Source of the DNA: an uncultured delta proteobacterium
Lineage (GTDB): Bacteria > Myxococcota_A > Polyangia > Polyangiales > JAFGIB01
Length of the DNA: 64,000 nucleotides
Direction: 5' to 3'
Assembly (NCBI GenBank): GCA_963778655.1
Contig: CAVZVA010000009.1
Location: 1,120,001 to 1,184,000 of the forward strand
Shown here: one piece after another, positions 49,480 to 62,634 of the stretch
Position numbering within the stretch: the first letter of the stretch is position 1
Layout: each line of letters begins with the position of its first letter
The notes under the pieces: generated by a model
The model's database searches: none
What the model saw: the letters and a program-made list of their open reading frames with translations, nothing else
Told to the model about the DNA's origin: nothing
Translations under genes and position numbers: made by a program

Positions 49480-51030
49480 TCACGGCTTGCCGGGCGCCAC
49501 GCGCTTGCCGCGGATCATCCCCTCGCGCTCAGTCCAGCCGAAGGTGCCCGTGCGTCCGGGCGTGCTGGTGGTCTCGATGCCGTCGGTGTTCGGGCCCTGG
49601 GTCGCGGTCATGAACTCATCGGTCACGTATTCCGGGTGCGGGTCGTTCTTGGGGGGCCGGTAGTCGGGCCCCGGCACCGGGCCGCTGCCCACACGCCAGA
49701 TCTGTGCGCTCGGCGGGTAGGTGTCGTTGCTGCGCTCGCGCCGGGCCACGCCGGTGCGTTCGTCGCGCACCACGCGGAAGCGCGTGATCTTGAAGCCGGG
49801 AATGCCGCGCTGCTCCAGCAGGCGCATGCCGCGCGGCAGCTCCGGGTCGCGCTCGAGCTTCTCGTCGAAGGGCGTGACCTCGTCGATGCGGCGCAGGAAG
49901 GTCACGGTGCGCGTGCGCTCCTTGCCCAGCAGCGCGGCGTGCACGAAGCCGTCGTCGACCGTCAGCTCGACCACCAGCGGGTAGGGCAGGTCGTTCTGGA
50001 AGCGCAGGTCGAGCGCGCCGTAGACCACGGTCGCGTCCAATCCGAGCTTGATGTAGAAGCTCGGGTGCGAGTGCGGCGCGCGCGTGAGGATCGGCAGTCC
50101 CGCGAAGAACGCCGCCGCGTACAGTGTGCTCGCGATCTGGCAGGTGCCGCCGCCCATGCCCTCGACCAGCTTCCCGTCCGCGATCACCTTCGCCATACGG
50201 AAGTCGTTGAGCTCGGTGCGGTCGCCGACCGCCTGGTTGAAGTCGAAGACCGCGCCCGGATCGATCACGAAGCCGTCGAGCTTGCCGGCGGCGATGCGCA
50301 GGTTGTGGGTGCGGTCGCGGGTGTCGCGGCCCCGGCTGTAGCGCGTGGTGAACTCGCCGACCACGGCGTTCATCTTCACGTCGACCAGGCTCTGGGCCTG
50401 GCGCCGCGCCGGGATCGCCATCGTCGCCAGCTCGACCGTCGCGTCGCCGCGCGCGAGCGCTCGATCGATGCGCGCGATCGAGGCGTCGACGTCGAGCGCG
50501 AGCCCGGGTTTGGACGGCAGCGCGCGCTTCTTGCGCGGGTCCACGTGCGCGTCGACCGGATCGCGGTCCACCTGGTCCTTGAGCCGGAGCAGCAACTCGG
50601 TCGCGCGCTCGACATCGAGCTCGGCCGGCATCGGCAGGCCGAGCGGGCCACTGGCGCGCAGCATTTGGTGGAGCCGCCGCAGCGGCGAGCGCGGGTCGCT
50701 GGCGCCGCGCAGCAGGGCCCGCAGGTGTGCGAGATCCACGCGCACGCCCAGGTCGGCGCGGCGCACGCGTTGCTCCACGTCCGCGGCGCGCAGCACCAGC
50801 GTGCCGCCGAGGTAGCGCTCGGCCAGCGCGGTGGCCTGCTGCTCGAGCGGCGTGGCCGGTGCCAGGGGCTGTCCCGCGACCGCGACCTCGACCGGCAGCG
50901 CGGCGTGCGCCTGCGGCTCGGGCATCAGAACCAGGGCGCTCAGCACGCCGATACCCGTCAGGGACGCGACCACCACGGCCCGCACGACGAAGCCTCCATA
51001 GGTAGGCGATCCGTCTACGTTATCCGACAT
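49480..51030 (-). CDS. VanW family protein (PG-binding + VanW + G5-like)
   Basis: N-terminal TM, RTHNLRIAA, GGGTCQIASTLY, GLDATV. Confidence 0.88.
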   Translation of the reverse strand: MSDNVDGSPTYGGFVVRAVVVASLTGIGVLSALVLMPEPQAHAALPVEVAVAGQPLAPATPLEQQATALAERYLGGTLVLRAADVEQRVRRADLGVRVDLAHLRALLRGASDPRSPLRRLHQMLRASGPLGLPMPAELDVERATELLLRLKDQVDRDPVDAHVDPRKKRALPSKPGLALDVDASIARIDRALARGDATVELATMAIPARRQAQSLVDVKMNAVVGEFTTRYSRGRDTRDRTHNLRIAAGKLDGFVIDPGAVFDFNQAVGDRTELNDFRMAKVIADGKLVEGMGGGTCQIASTLYAAAFFAGLPILTRAPHSHPSFYIKLGLDATVVYGALDLRFQNDLPYPLVVELTVDDGFVHAALLGKERTRTVTFLRRIDEVTPFDEKLERDPELPRGMRLLEQRGIPGFKITRFRVVRDERTGVARRERSNDTYPPSAQIWRVGSGPVPGPDYRPPKNDPHPEYVTDEFMTATQGPNTDGIETTSTPGRTGTFGWTEREGMIRGKRVAPGKP

Positions 51031-51166
51031 CACCTACATACTCCGCCAGGCGCGCGAGCCAGGTCAACAAAAGCGTCCCGGCGAGCCTCCCAGGGGCTGC
51101 TGGCTGGCCGGACTGGCTGAGTCTGGTGTCTGGCCTCGCACCTGTGGGGGTGCTAGGTGGCGTGCC

Positions 51167-52663
51167 ATGCCCGCAGCACAACCGGACTACGAGGGCTTCT
51201 TGCGGCAGGCCAGGCCCGGCACGGTGGTGCCTGTGGTGCGCGAGCTCATGGGCGACGCGCTTACCCCGGTCACCGCCTACGCCACGGTGGCCGGCGGCGA
51301 CGGCAGCTACCTGCTCGAGAGCGTGGTCGGCGGCGAGAAGTGGGGGCGCTACAGCTTCGTCGGCTTCGAGCCGGACCTGCGGGTGCGCGGCGTGGCCGAC
51401 CGTTACGAGATTGTACATGCCGACGGCCGCGAGGAATCCCGCAGCATGGCCGACCCGTGGCAGGGGCTGCGCGCAACGCTCAGCGGCTACCGCGGGGTGG
51501 ACCGCAGCCTGCCGCGCTTCTGGGGCGGTGCGGTCGGCTACGTGGCCTACGACGCGGTGCGTCGCTTCGAGCCGACCATCGGCGCGAAGAACCCGCAGCC
51601 GCGCGGCGCCCTGGACTTCGCGTTTTCGATCGGCGGCACCCTGCTGATCTTCGACAACCTGCGGCAGACCCTGCGCGTCGTGGTGCCGTGCCGGCTGGTC
51701 GAGGGCGAGGACCCGGCGCGCGCGTATGCCGGCGCGCTGGAGCGCATCGAGCGCGCCGCGCAGCAACTCGCCACGCCTGCGTCGCTACACGCCATGGCGC
51801 CGCCGCAGCCCGGAGCCGAGGTCGCGCTGCCGGCTTCATCCTTCGAGCGCAGCGAGTTCTGCCGCGCGGTCGAGCGCTGCAAGGAGCACATCGCCGCCGG
51901 CGACATCTTCCAGGTGGTGTTGAGCCAGCGCTTCAGCGTGCCGCTTGGCGATGCCGACCCGTTCGACGTCTATCGCGCGCTGCGCGTGATCAATCCCTCG
52001 CCATACATGTACTTTCTGCGCTCCGGCGCGCTGCGCATCGCCGGCGCGAGTCCCGAGACGCTGGTGCGCTCCGAGGACGGCCTGGCGGAGGTGCGGCCGA
52101 TCGCCGGCACGCGCCCGCGCGGGCGCACGCCGGAGGAGGACGCGCGTATCGAGCAGGAGATGTTCAACGACCCCAAGGAAGTCGCCGAGCACGTGATGCT
52201 GGTCGACCTGGGGCGCAACGATCTCGGACGCATCAGCACCCCCGGCAGCGTGCGCGTCACCGAGCGCATGATCACCGAACGCTTCTCGCACGTGATGCAC
52301 ATCACCTCCAACGTGCAGGGCCGACTGGCGCCGGGGCGCGACGCGATCGACGTGCTGCGCGCGACCTTTCCCGCGGGCACGCTCAGCGGTGCGCCCAAGG
52401 TGCGCGCGATGCAGATCATCGAGCAACTCGAGCCCGAGCGCCGCGGCATCTACGGCGGCGCTATCGGCTACATCGGCTTCGACGGCAACATGGACGTGGC
52501 GATCGCGATCCGCACCGTGGTCGAGCAGGACGGCAAGCTGCAGATCCAAGCCGGCGCCGGCATCGTCGAGGCCAGCCGCCCCGAGGCCGAGTACGAGGAG
52601 TGCCTCAACAAGGCTCGCGCCGCCCTGCTGGCGGTGGCTGCGGCGCGCTCGGCGCGGGGGTGA
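51167..52663 (+). CDS. trpE: Anthranilate synthase component I
   Basis: LLESVVGGEKWGRYS, NPSPYM, EHVMLVDLGRND, FPAGTLSGAPK. Confidence 0.95.
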   Translation: MPAAQPDYEGFLRQARPGTVVPVVRELMGDALTPVTAYATVAGGDGSYLLESVVGGEKWGRYSFVGFEPDLRVRGVADRYEIVHADGREESRSMADPWQGLRATLSGYRGVDRSLPRFWGGAVGYVAYDAVRRFEPTIGAKNPQPRGALDFAFSIGGTLLIFDNLRQTLRVVVPCRLVEGEDPARAYAGALERIERAAQQLATPASLHAMAPPQPGAEVALPASSFERSEFCRAVERCKEHIAAGDIFQVVLSQRFSVPLGDADPFDVYRALRVINPSPYMYFLRSGALRIAGASPETLVRSEDGLAEVRPIAGTRPRGRTPEEDARIEQEMFNDPKEVAEHVMLVDLGRNDLGRISTPGSVRVTERMITERFSHVMHITSNVQGRLAPGRDAIDVLRATFPAGTLSGAPKVRAMQIIEQLEPERRGIYGGAIGYIGFDGNMDVAIAIRTVVEQDGKLQIQAGAGIVEASRPEAEYEECLNKARAALLAVAAARSARG

Positions 52664-52823
52664 GGCCGGGGGCCTTGCGGACTCGGTCCGCGCGTGAGAC
52701 CGCTGCCGTGCGAGAGGGGCACCCTACGCGAGAGACGCCGTCTCGCGCGAGGCTTAGCGGCCCTTCGCGCGGCTGGAAGCGCTTTGCTCGGCGCATAGCG
52801 CCCGCCCTACGGCGACGCCGCCT

Positions 52824-52852
52824 TTGACACACCGCTCGCGCTGCGCTAGAAG
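52824..52852 (+). promoter_or_regulatory. Sigma70-type promoter of tRNA-Asp
   Basis: TTGACA-N17-TAGAAG. Confidence 0.65.
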
Positions 52853-52866
52853 CCATCCTCCCGCGA

Positions 52867-52943
52867 GGGGCGGTAGTTGAGTTGGTTACAACGCCGGCCT
52901 GTCACGCCGGAGGTCGCGGGTTCAAGTCCCGTCCGTCCCGCCA
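52867..52943 (+). tRNA. tRNA-Asp (GTC)
   Basis: GGGGCGG/CCGTCCC acceptor, CCGGC-CTGTCAC-GCCGG arm, GTTCAAGTC, CCA. Confidence 0.96.
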
Positions 52944-52971
52944 GGAACCCGCAAGGGTTCCCGGTTTTTTT
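52944..52971 (+). terminator. Rho-independent terminator
   Basis: GGAACCC-GCAA-GGGTTCC followed by a T7 run. Confidence 0.85.
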
Positions 52972-53357
52972 CGTGCGGTGCGATGCGGCGCCGCCGTGTC
53001 CCCAATGGGTGCGGCGCGTCGCCGCCTCTGGAGTCGCAGGCCGCAGGAGCTCCCCGGTCTCGCGCCTGTGCGCACGACGACATCGATGTGCGCGCGGTGA
53101 GGTGCGTTCCGCTTATGGACGCAGGCTGTTGCTGGTTCGCCCAGCGCCCTGCTACGCCACGCGTTTGGAGCGACCTCCGCGCGCCAAATTAGATTGCGTC
53201 GACAGCGCGTACCGGAGCGACACCCCGAACAGTGCCGTTACGAGTTTGTTCGCCGGACGCGCGCAAGCGCGTGCAACGACACCGTCATGATTTGGTTCGA
53301 ACGAGCCTGCGTGGGCGCGTGTTATGGTCGCGATGTTCCACAAGAGGTGTTCAGTCT

Positions 53358-54866
53358 ATGCGTCGATCAACAGCGCGGCCGCAGCGCGCTCCCGCAGAGC
53401 TCTTCCAGATACATCTCCCAAAGGGTTCGGTGCTGCTGCTCGTGCTCGCACTGTGTGCGGCCTGCCAGGGCACGATCACCGACTCCACTGATCCGGGCCG
53501 ACAAACCACGTTGGGATTCGGTTCCGGTAGCGTCGGCCAAAATCAGGCCGTCTCTGCGACCTCGCAGCAGGCTGCTCCTTTGACGATGCCGGGTACCGCT
53601 GGTGCCGGGGCAGGCTCCGCAGGAGCTGCATCGATGGGGCGCGGCGCGGGAAGCGTAATCGGCCGCTCCTACGGCAACTCGGCTGATATGGGCGTCGCCG
53701 GTGCCGGCCCTTCTCCTGCCCCACTCGGCTCCGCTGGAGCGAGTGACAGCGCCGGAGATTCGGGAAATGGTCTTGGCGCTAGCGGGGGCGCAAGCGGAGC
53801 CGGAAGCAGCATGGGCGCCGCTGGCGCAGGCGGCAGCACCGGTGCGAGCAGCTCGGGCGGCAGCACGGGCGGGGGCGGCACCGGCGGCAGCATCAGCGGC
53901 TCGGGCGGCAGCACGGGCGCGGGCGGCACAGGCGGTCGCACGGGCGCAGGCGGCTCGGGCGGAACCGGCGGCAGCACGGGCGGGGGCGGCACCGGCGGCA
54001 ATGCGGGCGCAGGTGGCGCGGGTGGCAGCGCGGGCGGAAGTGGCACAGGTGGCGGCGGCGGCACAGGTGGCGGCTCAGGAGCGGGCGGCAGCGCAGGCAG
54101 CTCGGGTGGCGGGGCGGGAAGCTCCGGCAGCGGAGACCTGATCTTCGTCGGCGATTTCGAGACCGGCGACCTCTCGCAGTGGTTCTACGTCGAGCGCTGC
54201 CAGCCCGACCGCATCACCGTGTATTCCGCCGCCAATGCTCCCGCCGGCGCACCTGCTCCGCGCGAGGGCAACTATGCTGCCTTGTTCCACGTGCTCGACA
54301 CGGACGTGTCGCCGTGTACCTCGACCGGGGATCCGCGTGCTGAGCTGGAAACGCGGGAGTCGCTGTTGCATCCGGGCGACGACGTATGGGAGGCGTGGTC
54401 GATGTACGTGCCGTCGTCGCACCCGAGTTGCGGATCGTGCTCGAGTTGGTTCGCATTCCAAGAGGACTACGGCAGTCCGTGGGACGGCCCAGCCTCGATC
54501 GGCTGGTACCTGACCTTCTCCAAGTCGCCCAACCGGTTCAGCGTGGGGCGCGGGACCCAGTACAACGGGGATTGGCCTGCGTCCGTCCCGATAACCACGG
54601 ACAAGTGGGTCGACTTTCTCGTGCACAAGAGATTCTCGAACAAAGATGACGGAACAGGTTTCATCGAGGCCTGGATCGACGGGACTCCGCTGACGTTCTC
54701 TCCCTGCAACTGCACGAAGCTCGTCATGCAGACGATGCATTCGACGCAGGCGAGCCTGGGTTTCTATCTGACCGCCTATCGAGCCAAAGGGCTATTCAGC
54801 TCCTTCGACCTCTATTATGACGGCGTTCGCATCGGTACGACGCGCGACGCCGTGGAGCTCAAGTAG
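53358..54866 (+). CDS. Lipoprotein with long Gly-rich linker and polysaccharide-lyase-like beta-sandwich domain; start approximate
   Basis: LALCAAC lipobox; DFETGDLSQW, RAEL, KWVDF, GFIEAWIDG, YYDGVRIG. Confidence 0.75.
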   Translation: MRRSTARPQRAPAELFQIHLPKGSVLLLVLALCAACQGTITDSTDPGRQTTLGFGSGSVGQNQAVSATSQQAAPLTMPGTAGAGAGSAGAASMGRGAGSVIGRSYGNSADMGVAGAGPSPAPLGSAGASDSAGDSGNGLGASGGASGAGSSMGAAGAGGSTGASSSGGSTGGGGTGGSISGSGGSTGAGGTGGRTGAGGSGGTGGSTGGGGTGGNAGAGGAGGSAGGSGTGGGGGTGGGSGAGGSAGSSGGGAGSSGSGDLIFVGDFETGDLSQWFYVERCQPDRITVYSAANAPAGAPAPREGNYAALFHVLDTDVSPCTSTGDPRAELETRESLLHPGDDVWEAWSMYVPSSHPSCGSCSSWFAFQEDYGSPWDGPASIGWYLTFSKSPNRFSVGRGTQYNGDWPASVPITTDKWVDFLVHKRFSNKDDGTGFIEAWIDGTPLTFSPCNCTKLVMQTMHSTQASLGFYLTAYRAKGLFSSFDLYYDGVRIGTTRDAVELK

Positions 54867-54887
54867 CGCGCTGCCACTCCTCGCTCG

Positions 54888-55166
54888 CTACCGCGTGCAC
54901 TCCTCGGGACGCACGCACTTGCCGTCCTTGCAGGTGACGCTGGCGCAGCCGTTGTCGCCTACGCAGGGTTGGCCCCGGCGGTTGACCGGGTGGCAGAGGA
55001 AGTCGGTGTCGCAGCTCAGGCCGGCGCCGCAGTCGGGGCTGCCGGCCGCAGCCGCGCAGGGTCCGCCTGCTTTGGGCTCGTCGCGGCCGGCGCCCATCAC
55101 CACGCCGGCGCTGATGCTCGCATCGCAGTACTGGCCCTCGGGGCTCGCCGCTCCGACTCCGCCGCG
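54888..55166 (-). pseudogene. Cys-rich repeat fragment without its own signal peptide or clear start
   Basis: GQYC...GGPC...DCGAGLSC...C...GQPC...C...C...C; open up to the TAG of the upstream gene. Confidence 0.5.
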
Positions 55167-55739
55167 CTACTGCGCGGCGTGCTCGAGCTCGGATACGCGC
55201 GACTGCAGCGCGCGCACGCGGGCGCGGTGGCCGCGGTCGCGATCGATCAGATAGCCGATCAGCGGACCGTGCAGCAGCAGGCCGCCGGCGCGCACCAGCA
55301 CGTCCCAGGGGTTGTGGGTGCTGATGTCGAACAGCGCGATGTAGGCGATGAACGCCACCGCGGAGGCCACCGTGCCGGTGCGGAAGCCGAAGTAGAAGGC
55401 GGGCATCGCCACCCACAGGTAGAGCGCGCGGTAGAACGGGCTGGCCTGGCCGCCGGTCAGGTTCATCAGCACGATCACGAACACCAGATCGGCCGCGCCC
55501 AGCACGGCGTAGAAGCGCGGCCTGAGCCGGGACGAGCGCAGCCAGCCGAAGCCCGCGGAGTACAGCACTGCACCGTAGGCCGCGAACACCCCGAACGCGA
55601 TCAGCACCTCGTCGCGGGTGCCCGAGCCGACGCGCGCCAGATACGGATAGCCGACTCCGACCAGCAGCGCCGCTGCGCGCAGCCCCGCGTACACCTGATC
55701 GATCGGGCCCAGGCCCTCCTTGTCCGTTCCCGCGTCCAT
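55167..55739 (-). CDS. Multi-pass membrane protein resembling a stand-alone sensor TM domain
   Basis: 5-6 hydrophobic helices, D...TGG..SPF motif, C-terminal coiled coil. Confidence 0.7.
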   Translation of the reverse strand: MDAGTDKEGLGPIDQVYAGLRAAALLVGVGYPYLARVGSGTRDEVLIAFGVFAAYGAVLYSAGFGWLRSSRLRPRFYAVLGAADLVFVIVLMNLTGGQASPFYRALYLWVAMPAFYFGFRTGTVASAVAFIAYIALFDISTHNPWDVLVRAGGLLLHGPLIGYLIDRDRGHRARVRALQSRVSELEHAAQ

Positions 55740-55844
55740 GCGCTTGCTACGTACGCACCCAAGGCGATGCGCAAGGCCGGTCCGGTAGCCACATCTGTGT
55801 GGGCACGCGGCATGCCGCCGCGCGCCCGTGCTTCGGCCGTGCCG

Positions 55845-56903
55845 CTACGCTCCGCCGCCGCCCGCGCCGGAGCCCGCATCCGCGGCGCCCAGGCAGGAGT
55901 CGACCTCGGGCAGCGTCCCGCAGTCGGCGACTGCGCTCATGAGGTCGGCGGCGGTACAGGCGCCGCACCCGCTCATGCAGGTTGCCGCCGCCTGGTTGAT
56001 CGCCTGTGTCTGGCAGCTGGCCGCGGTGCTCACGTCGCTGGCATTGGCGGCGTTGATCCCATCCTTGATGCACGTCACGGTGCTCGACGAAAAGGGCGCG
56101 TTCGCGCAGTAGGCGCCGCCGGCCATATCCGCCGCCGAGCCGCAGCCGCAGGCGGCGAGGTCGAACGCCGTGTACGCACCGCTCAGCAGTCCCCCGTAGC
56201 TGTTCACGCTCGCATCCCCGCCGCCGCTGCTGCCGCCCTTGCCGTTCGAGCTGCCGCTGTCGGTCTTGGTGCTGGTGCCCGCGTCCGACTTGCTGCTGCT
56301 CTTCTCGCACTTGCTCGAGTCGCCGTGCTCGGTGCAGTCGAGCGTAAAGTCGCGATTCAGCTTCTTGCTCACCTTGCCGCTCTTGAGCAGCACGGCCTGG
56401 AACATCCTGATCGTGAACTCCTGGTTGCACAGGTTGTCACAGGTCGAGCCGTCCAGGTCGAGCCTGGTCTTCAGCCGCGCCACGCCGGTCTGGCTGCCGG
56501 CGTCGGTGTCGCTCGGCCCAGCGTCGCCGCTCCCGCCATCGCCGGAGGCGCGCGGCACCTCGATGTGGCTGTCGCTGTCTTCGAACTGGATCAAGGTCGC
56601 GTCGACCGGATCGCTGTCCTCGTCCGGATTGTCCGCGTCGAGCGACATGATCACGCTGTCACCGGGCTTGAGCTTGATCGGCGGGTCGTTCTGGGCGAGC
56701 GAGACCTTGTCCGCGTCGGCCGCGGGAATCGCCCCCTTCTTGATCAGTCCGTCGGGGAAGTTGGCGCCTGTGGTCAGCGCTTCGGCGACCGCCTTGCCCG
56801 TGGGGGTAGCGGCTTGCTTGCCGCTGCTGGTGCAGCTCGCGCCCGCCGTCAGAATCGCCGCCGTGCCGAGCGGCGCAAGCCAAGTCCTAACCTTGAATCC
56901 CAT
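55845..56903 (-). CDS. Cys-rich lipoprotein of unknown function
   Basis: GGAGGG SD, LTAGASC lipobox, DAG/Ser-Gly linkers, Cys-rich helical C-domain. Confidence 0.8.
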   Translation of the reverse strand: MGFKVRTWLAPLGTAAILTAGASCTSSGKQAATPTGKAVAEALTTGANFPDGLIKKGAIPAADADKVSLAQNDPPIKLKPGDSVIMSLDADNPDEDSDPVDATLIQFEDSDSHIEVPRASGDGGSGDAGPSDTDAGSQTGVARLKTRLDLDGSTCDNLCNQEFTIRMFQAVLLKSGKVSKKLNRDFTLDCTEHGDSSKCEKSSSKSDAGTSTKTDSGSSNGKGGSSGGGDASVNSYGGLLSGAYTAFDLAACGCGSAADMAGGAYCANAPFSSSTVTCIKDGINAANASDVSTAASCQTQAINQAAATCMSGCGACTAADLMSAVADCGTLPEVDSCLGAADAGSGAGGGGA

Positions 56904-57063
56904 TCCGTCCCTCCGAGCCCGTAACGAAGGGGCCCAGGGTAGCGCGCTTGAGCCCGCCCGTCACCAGGTACGGGTGGGGGTGCGGACATCTCACGGCTCT
57001 GCTTGACTCGGCCGGGCCGCTGCGAAAGGGTTCCGGGGCGGGACCGAGCCGGCCCGAACCACG

Positions 57064-58292
<1,229 letters not shown>

Positions 58293-58296
<4 letters not shown>

Positions 58297-59570
58297 CACC
58301 GCTCGAGCAGCTGCTCGGCGGCGTGAGCGCGGAGGTTCGCGCGATCCTGGAGGCGTGCCTTGCGGGCGGGCGGCTCACGCTGGCGCAGGCGGTGCGGCTG
58401 TGCGGCGCGCGCGGCGCCGATCTGCACGCGCTCTTGCTGGCCGCAGACGCGCTGCGGCGGGAGCAAGCCGGCGACGTGGTCAGCTACGTCGTCAACCGCA
58501 ACATCAACTTCACCAACGTGTGCGTGAAGGCCTGCAAGTTCTGCGCGTTCTCGCGCACCAGCCGTTCCGAGGAGGCATATTACCTCGACAGCGACGAGGT
58601 GGTGCGGCGCGCGTTGCAGGCACAGGAGGTGGGCGCGACCGAGGTCTGCATCCAGGCCGGGCTGCCGCCGCGTGCGCGGCCCGCGCTCTACCTGGACCTG
58701 CTGCGCGCGGTCAAAACGGCGGCGCCCGCGCTGCACGTGCACGCGTTCTCGCCCGAAGAGGTCAAGTACGGCGCGCAGCTCATGGGCCTGTCGCTGTACG
58801 ACTACCTGCAGGCGCTCAAGGACAGCGGGCTCGGCTCGCTGCCGGGCACCTCGGCCGAGATCCTCGACGACGGCGTGCGCAAGCGGCTGGCCGGCGGCCG
58901 CATCAGCAGCGCGGAGTGGATCGAGGTGATCACCACCGCGCACCGCATCGGCCTGCCCACCACCGCGACCATCATGTACGGCCACATCGAGAGCGACGAG
59001 GAGCGCATGCGCCACCTCGAGCTGCTGCGCTCGTTGCAGGAGGACACCGGCGGCTTCACCGAGTTCGTGCCGCTGTCGTTCGTGCACGCCGAGGCACCGC
59101 TGCACGTCAAGGACATGCTGCCGGGCGTGCGCCCGGGGCCCAGCGGCGACGACGTGCTGCGGCTGATGGCGATCAGCCGGCTGATGTTGGGCCCGAGCTT
59201 CAAGAACCTGCAGACCTCGTGGGTCAAGGAGGGGCTGCGCCAGGCCCAGTTCCTGCTCTCGTGCGGCGCCAACGATCTCGGTGGCACCCTGATCAACGAG
59301 AGCATCTCCACCTCGGCCGGCGCGAGCCACGGCCAGCTGATGTCGCCGGCCAGGCTGCGGCGCGCGATCCGCGACGCCGGCCGGCAGCCGGCCGAGCGCA
59401 ACACGCGCTACGCCATCCTGCGCGAGTTCTCGCTCGACGGCAGCGACGATCCGTCCCACCCGCTCGACTCGATCGACGATCCCGAGGCGCGCTTCGGCAG
59501 CTACCGCCAGCTCACCGAGCAGGCGCGGCGGCTGGGCGCCGAAGCGCGCCGTCACCTGGCGCTGGCGTAG
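58293..59570 (+). CDS. cofH: Fo synthase subunit 2 (radical SAM)
   Basis: VVNRNINFTNVCVKACKFC, LPGTSAEILDD, FTEFVPLSF, QTSWVK, DLGGTLINESI; ATGA overlap with cofG. Confidence 0.93.
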
Positions 59571-60197
59571 CCCGCGGGCTGGGCCGAGACGCCATGCGCG
59601 CGAGATCTGCAGGCGAATCCAGATCGAAGGCCAGCTGCGGGTTGTAGATCAGCCTGCAGCGCGCGCCGATGCGCGCGGCCTCGCGCAGGTGGCGCTGCAG
59701 GCTGTCGGCGTGGCCGAAGCCGCTGTGCAGCGCGAGCCCCAGCCGCAGGCCCAGCGCGCCGGTGCCGCGGCGCAGCGCGTCGGGTGCGACCACCACGTCG
59801 GTCTCGCGCAGCTGGGCGAGCAGCTCGCGTAGGTCGCGCGGGCGCAACCGGGGCAGGTCCCCCATCACCACCAGCGCGTGCGAGGCGCCCAGCCCGCGCA
59901 GCGTGTCGAGCGCGCCGTCCACCACCCGTTCGAGGGGCTGCGCGGGCCCGCTCGGGTCGCGCACTACGCGCGCGCCGCGCCTGCGCGCCAGTCGCGCCGC
60001 GTCCTCTCCGTCGGTCGCGACCAGCACGCCGTGCAGCGGCGCGCAGCCGGCGCACGCCTCGAGCACCCGCGCGAACATGGCACGCGCGAGCGCGCGGCGC
60101 TCCGGCACCGGCAGCGCCTGGCCCAGGCGTGACTTGGCGCGGCCAAAGCCCTTGACCGTGATCACGGCCCAGGGCGCCCAACGCGGCTGCTCCGGCA

Positions 60198-60198
<1 letters not shown>
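59512..60198 (-). CDS. cofC: 2-phospho-L-lactate/PEP guanylyltransferase
   Basis: VKGFGRAKSRL, MGDLP, APD...GT, FG..S...H, FDLDSPADL. Confidence 0.9.
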
Positions 60199-61130
<932 letters not shown>

Positions 61131-61182
61131 GGGTCCTCGCGGGTGAAGGTGGCGCGGACCTGCGCCATGCGCAGCGCCGGCC

Positions 61183-61977
61183 TCATGCGTACAGATCCTG
61201 CTCGGGCGAGCGCAGCAGCGCCTGCACGCCGGCGTCGTCCTGGGGCGGATAGGACAGCCCGCGCGCCAGCAGCGCGGGCCGGCGCTCGGCGGCCTGTCCG
61301 GCCAGCAGGTCTGCGGCGGCCGCCAGCTGGTCGGCGAAAGCCGTGACCGTGGCCTCGAGCACGCGGCCGTTCAAATCGTGGCCGCCGCGCTGATCCCACA
61401 GCGGCGGCAGGCCGGCGAGGCCGACCGTCACGCCCACCGTGCCGAGCCGAAACGCGCGGCCGTGCGAGTCGGTGATCACCACGCCGATCTCGGCGCCGAA
61501 ACGGGCCTTGAGCGCGGCGCGCAGCGCCCGCGCCGAGGCGTCGGGGTCGGCCGGCAGCAAGAGCACGCTCTGGCCCTGGTCGGCGCGCACGTTGCTGGCG
61601 TCGATGCCGGCGTTGGCGGATACGAAGCCCAGCCGGTGGCGCACGATCAGCACGCCCGGCGCCACGCGCGAGACCGCGCTCGACTCGCGCAGCACCAGCT
61701 CGGTCAGGCGCGGGTCCTTGTCCGTGGCCGCGGCCAGCTCGCGCGCGCGCGGGGAGGGCGTCACCTGATCCAGCTCGACGAAGCGGTTCTCGGCGCGCGA
61801 GACGATCTTGGAGCAAACCAGCAACACGTCGTGGCCGCTCTGCGGCTCGATCTCGGCGCGCACCAGCGCATCGCACAGCAGCGCGCCCAGGTCGTCGCCG
61901 GGCTCGACGATGGGGATACCCGGGAGCGCGATCAGCTCCAGGCGCGCGGCGACGCCGATGGCGGTGGGCTCGCTCAT
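61183..61977 (-). CDS. cofE: F420-0:L-glutamate ligase (single domain)
   Basis: [46 protein letters not shown]. Confidence 0.93.
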   Translation of the reverse strand: MSEPTAIGVAARLELIALPGIPIVEPGDDLGALLCDALVRAEIEPQSGHDVLLVCSKIVSRAENRFVELDQVTPSPRARELAAATDKDPRLTELVLRESSAVSRVAPGVLIVRHRLGFVSANAGIDASNVRADQGQSVLLLPADPDASARALRAALKARFGAEIGVVITDSHGRAFRLGTVGVTVGLAGLPPLWDQRGGHDLNGRVLEATVTAFADQLAAAADLLAGQAAERRPALLARGLSYPPQDDAGVQALLRSPEQDLYA

Positions 61978-61989
61978 GCCGGCCTCGGC

Positions 61990-62634
61990 CTAGAGTCCCG
62001 TGAAGCGGATGCCCGCGCCGGGGCTCTTGTACCTGCGGTTGAGGTGCAGCAACACCGGCGTCAGCGACTCGAGAGCCACCGCGTTGGCCAGGGGCCCTGC
62101 ATCGAGCGCCCGCGTACCGAGCTCCTCGATCAGGGTGAGCACCATGCGCAGCGCCTCGGCGTCGTCGGAGCAGGCCAGCACGTCGCACTCGATCGGGTGC
62201 TCGATGTCGCTGAGGTGCACGGCGCTGACGTGGTGCAACGCCGCCACCACGCGCGTGTCGGGGCCGAGCAAGGCCTGGGCTTCGAGCGCGGCGGCGCGCC
62301 CTTCGGGCAGATGGACGGTGCGCACCTGCGGTGGCTGCAGCGGCACCGTGATGTCGACCAAGATCTTGCCGCGCAGGGCCTGCCCCAGCGCGCGCAGCGT
62401 GGCGGCGTGCGCAGCGTAGGGCACGGCCAGCACCACCAGCTCGGCCTGGCTCACCGCCCAGGCGTTGTCGCCGCCGCGCACGCGGCCGCCGCTGCGCGCG
62501 GCCAGCGCCTCGGCCGCCTGCTGCGCCCGGCTTGCCTCGCGCGAGCCGATCACCACGGCATGACCGCGCTTGGCCCAGCGCAACGCCATGCCCTGGCCCT
62601 CTTTACCCGTGCCACCGACGATCGCGATGTCCAT
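61990..62634 (-). CDS. npdG: F420H2:NADP+ oxidoreductase
   Basis: [51 protein letters not shown]. Confidence 0.92.
   Translation of the reverse strand: MDIAIVGGTGKEGQGMALRWAKRGHAVVIGSREASRAQQAAEALAARSGGRVRGGDNAWAVSQAELVVLAVPYAAHAATLRALGQALRGKILVDITVPLQPPQVRTVHLPEGRAAALEAQALLGPDTRVVAALHHVSAVHLSDIEHPIECDVLACSDDAEALRMVLTLIEELGTRALDAGPLANAVALESLTPVLLHLNRRYKSPGAGIRFTGL

Noticed and set aside
53800..54135. Repetitive GGC-rich tract
   Set aside because: Encodes a Gly/Ser/Thr linker; no constant repeat-spacer pattern, so not CRISPR
56948..56968. TTGAGCCCGCCCGTCACCAGG as a degenerate att of tRNA-Asp
   Set aside because: Needs several gaps and mismatches; not distinguishable from chance
56904..57063. 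Possible riboswitch upstream of cofG
   Set aside because: GC hairpins only; no recognisable aptamer or terminator
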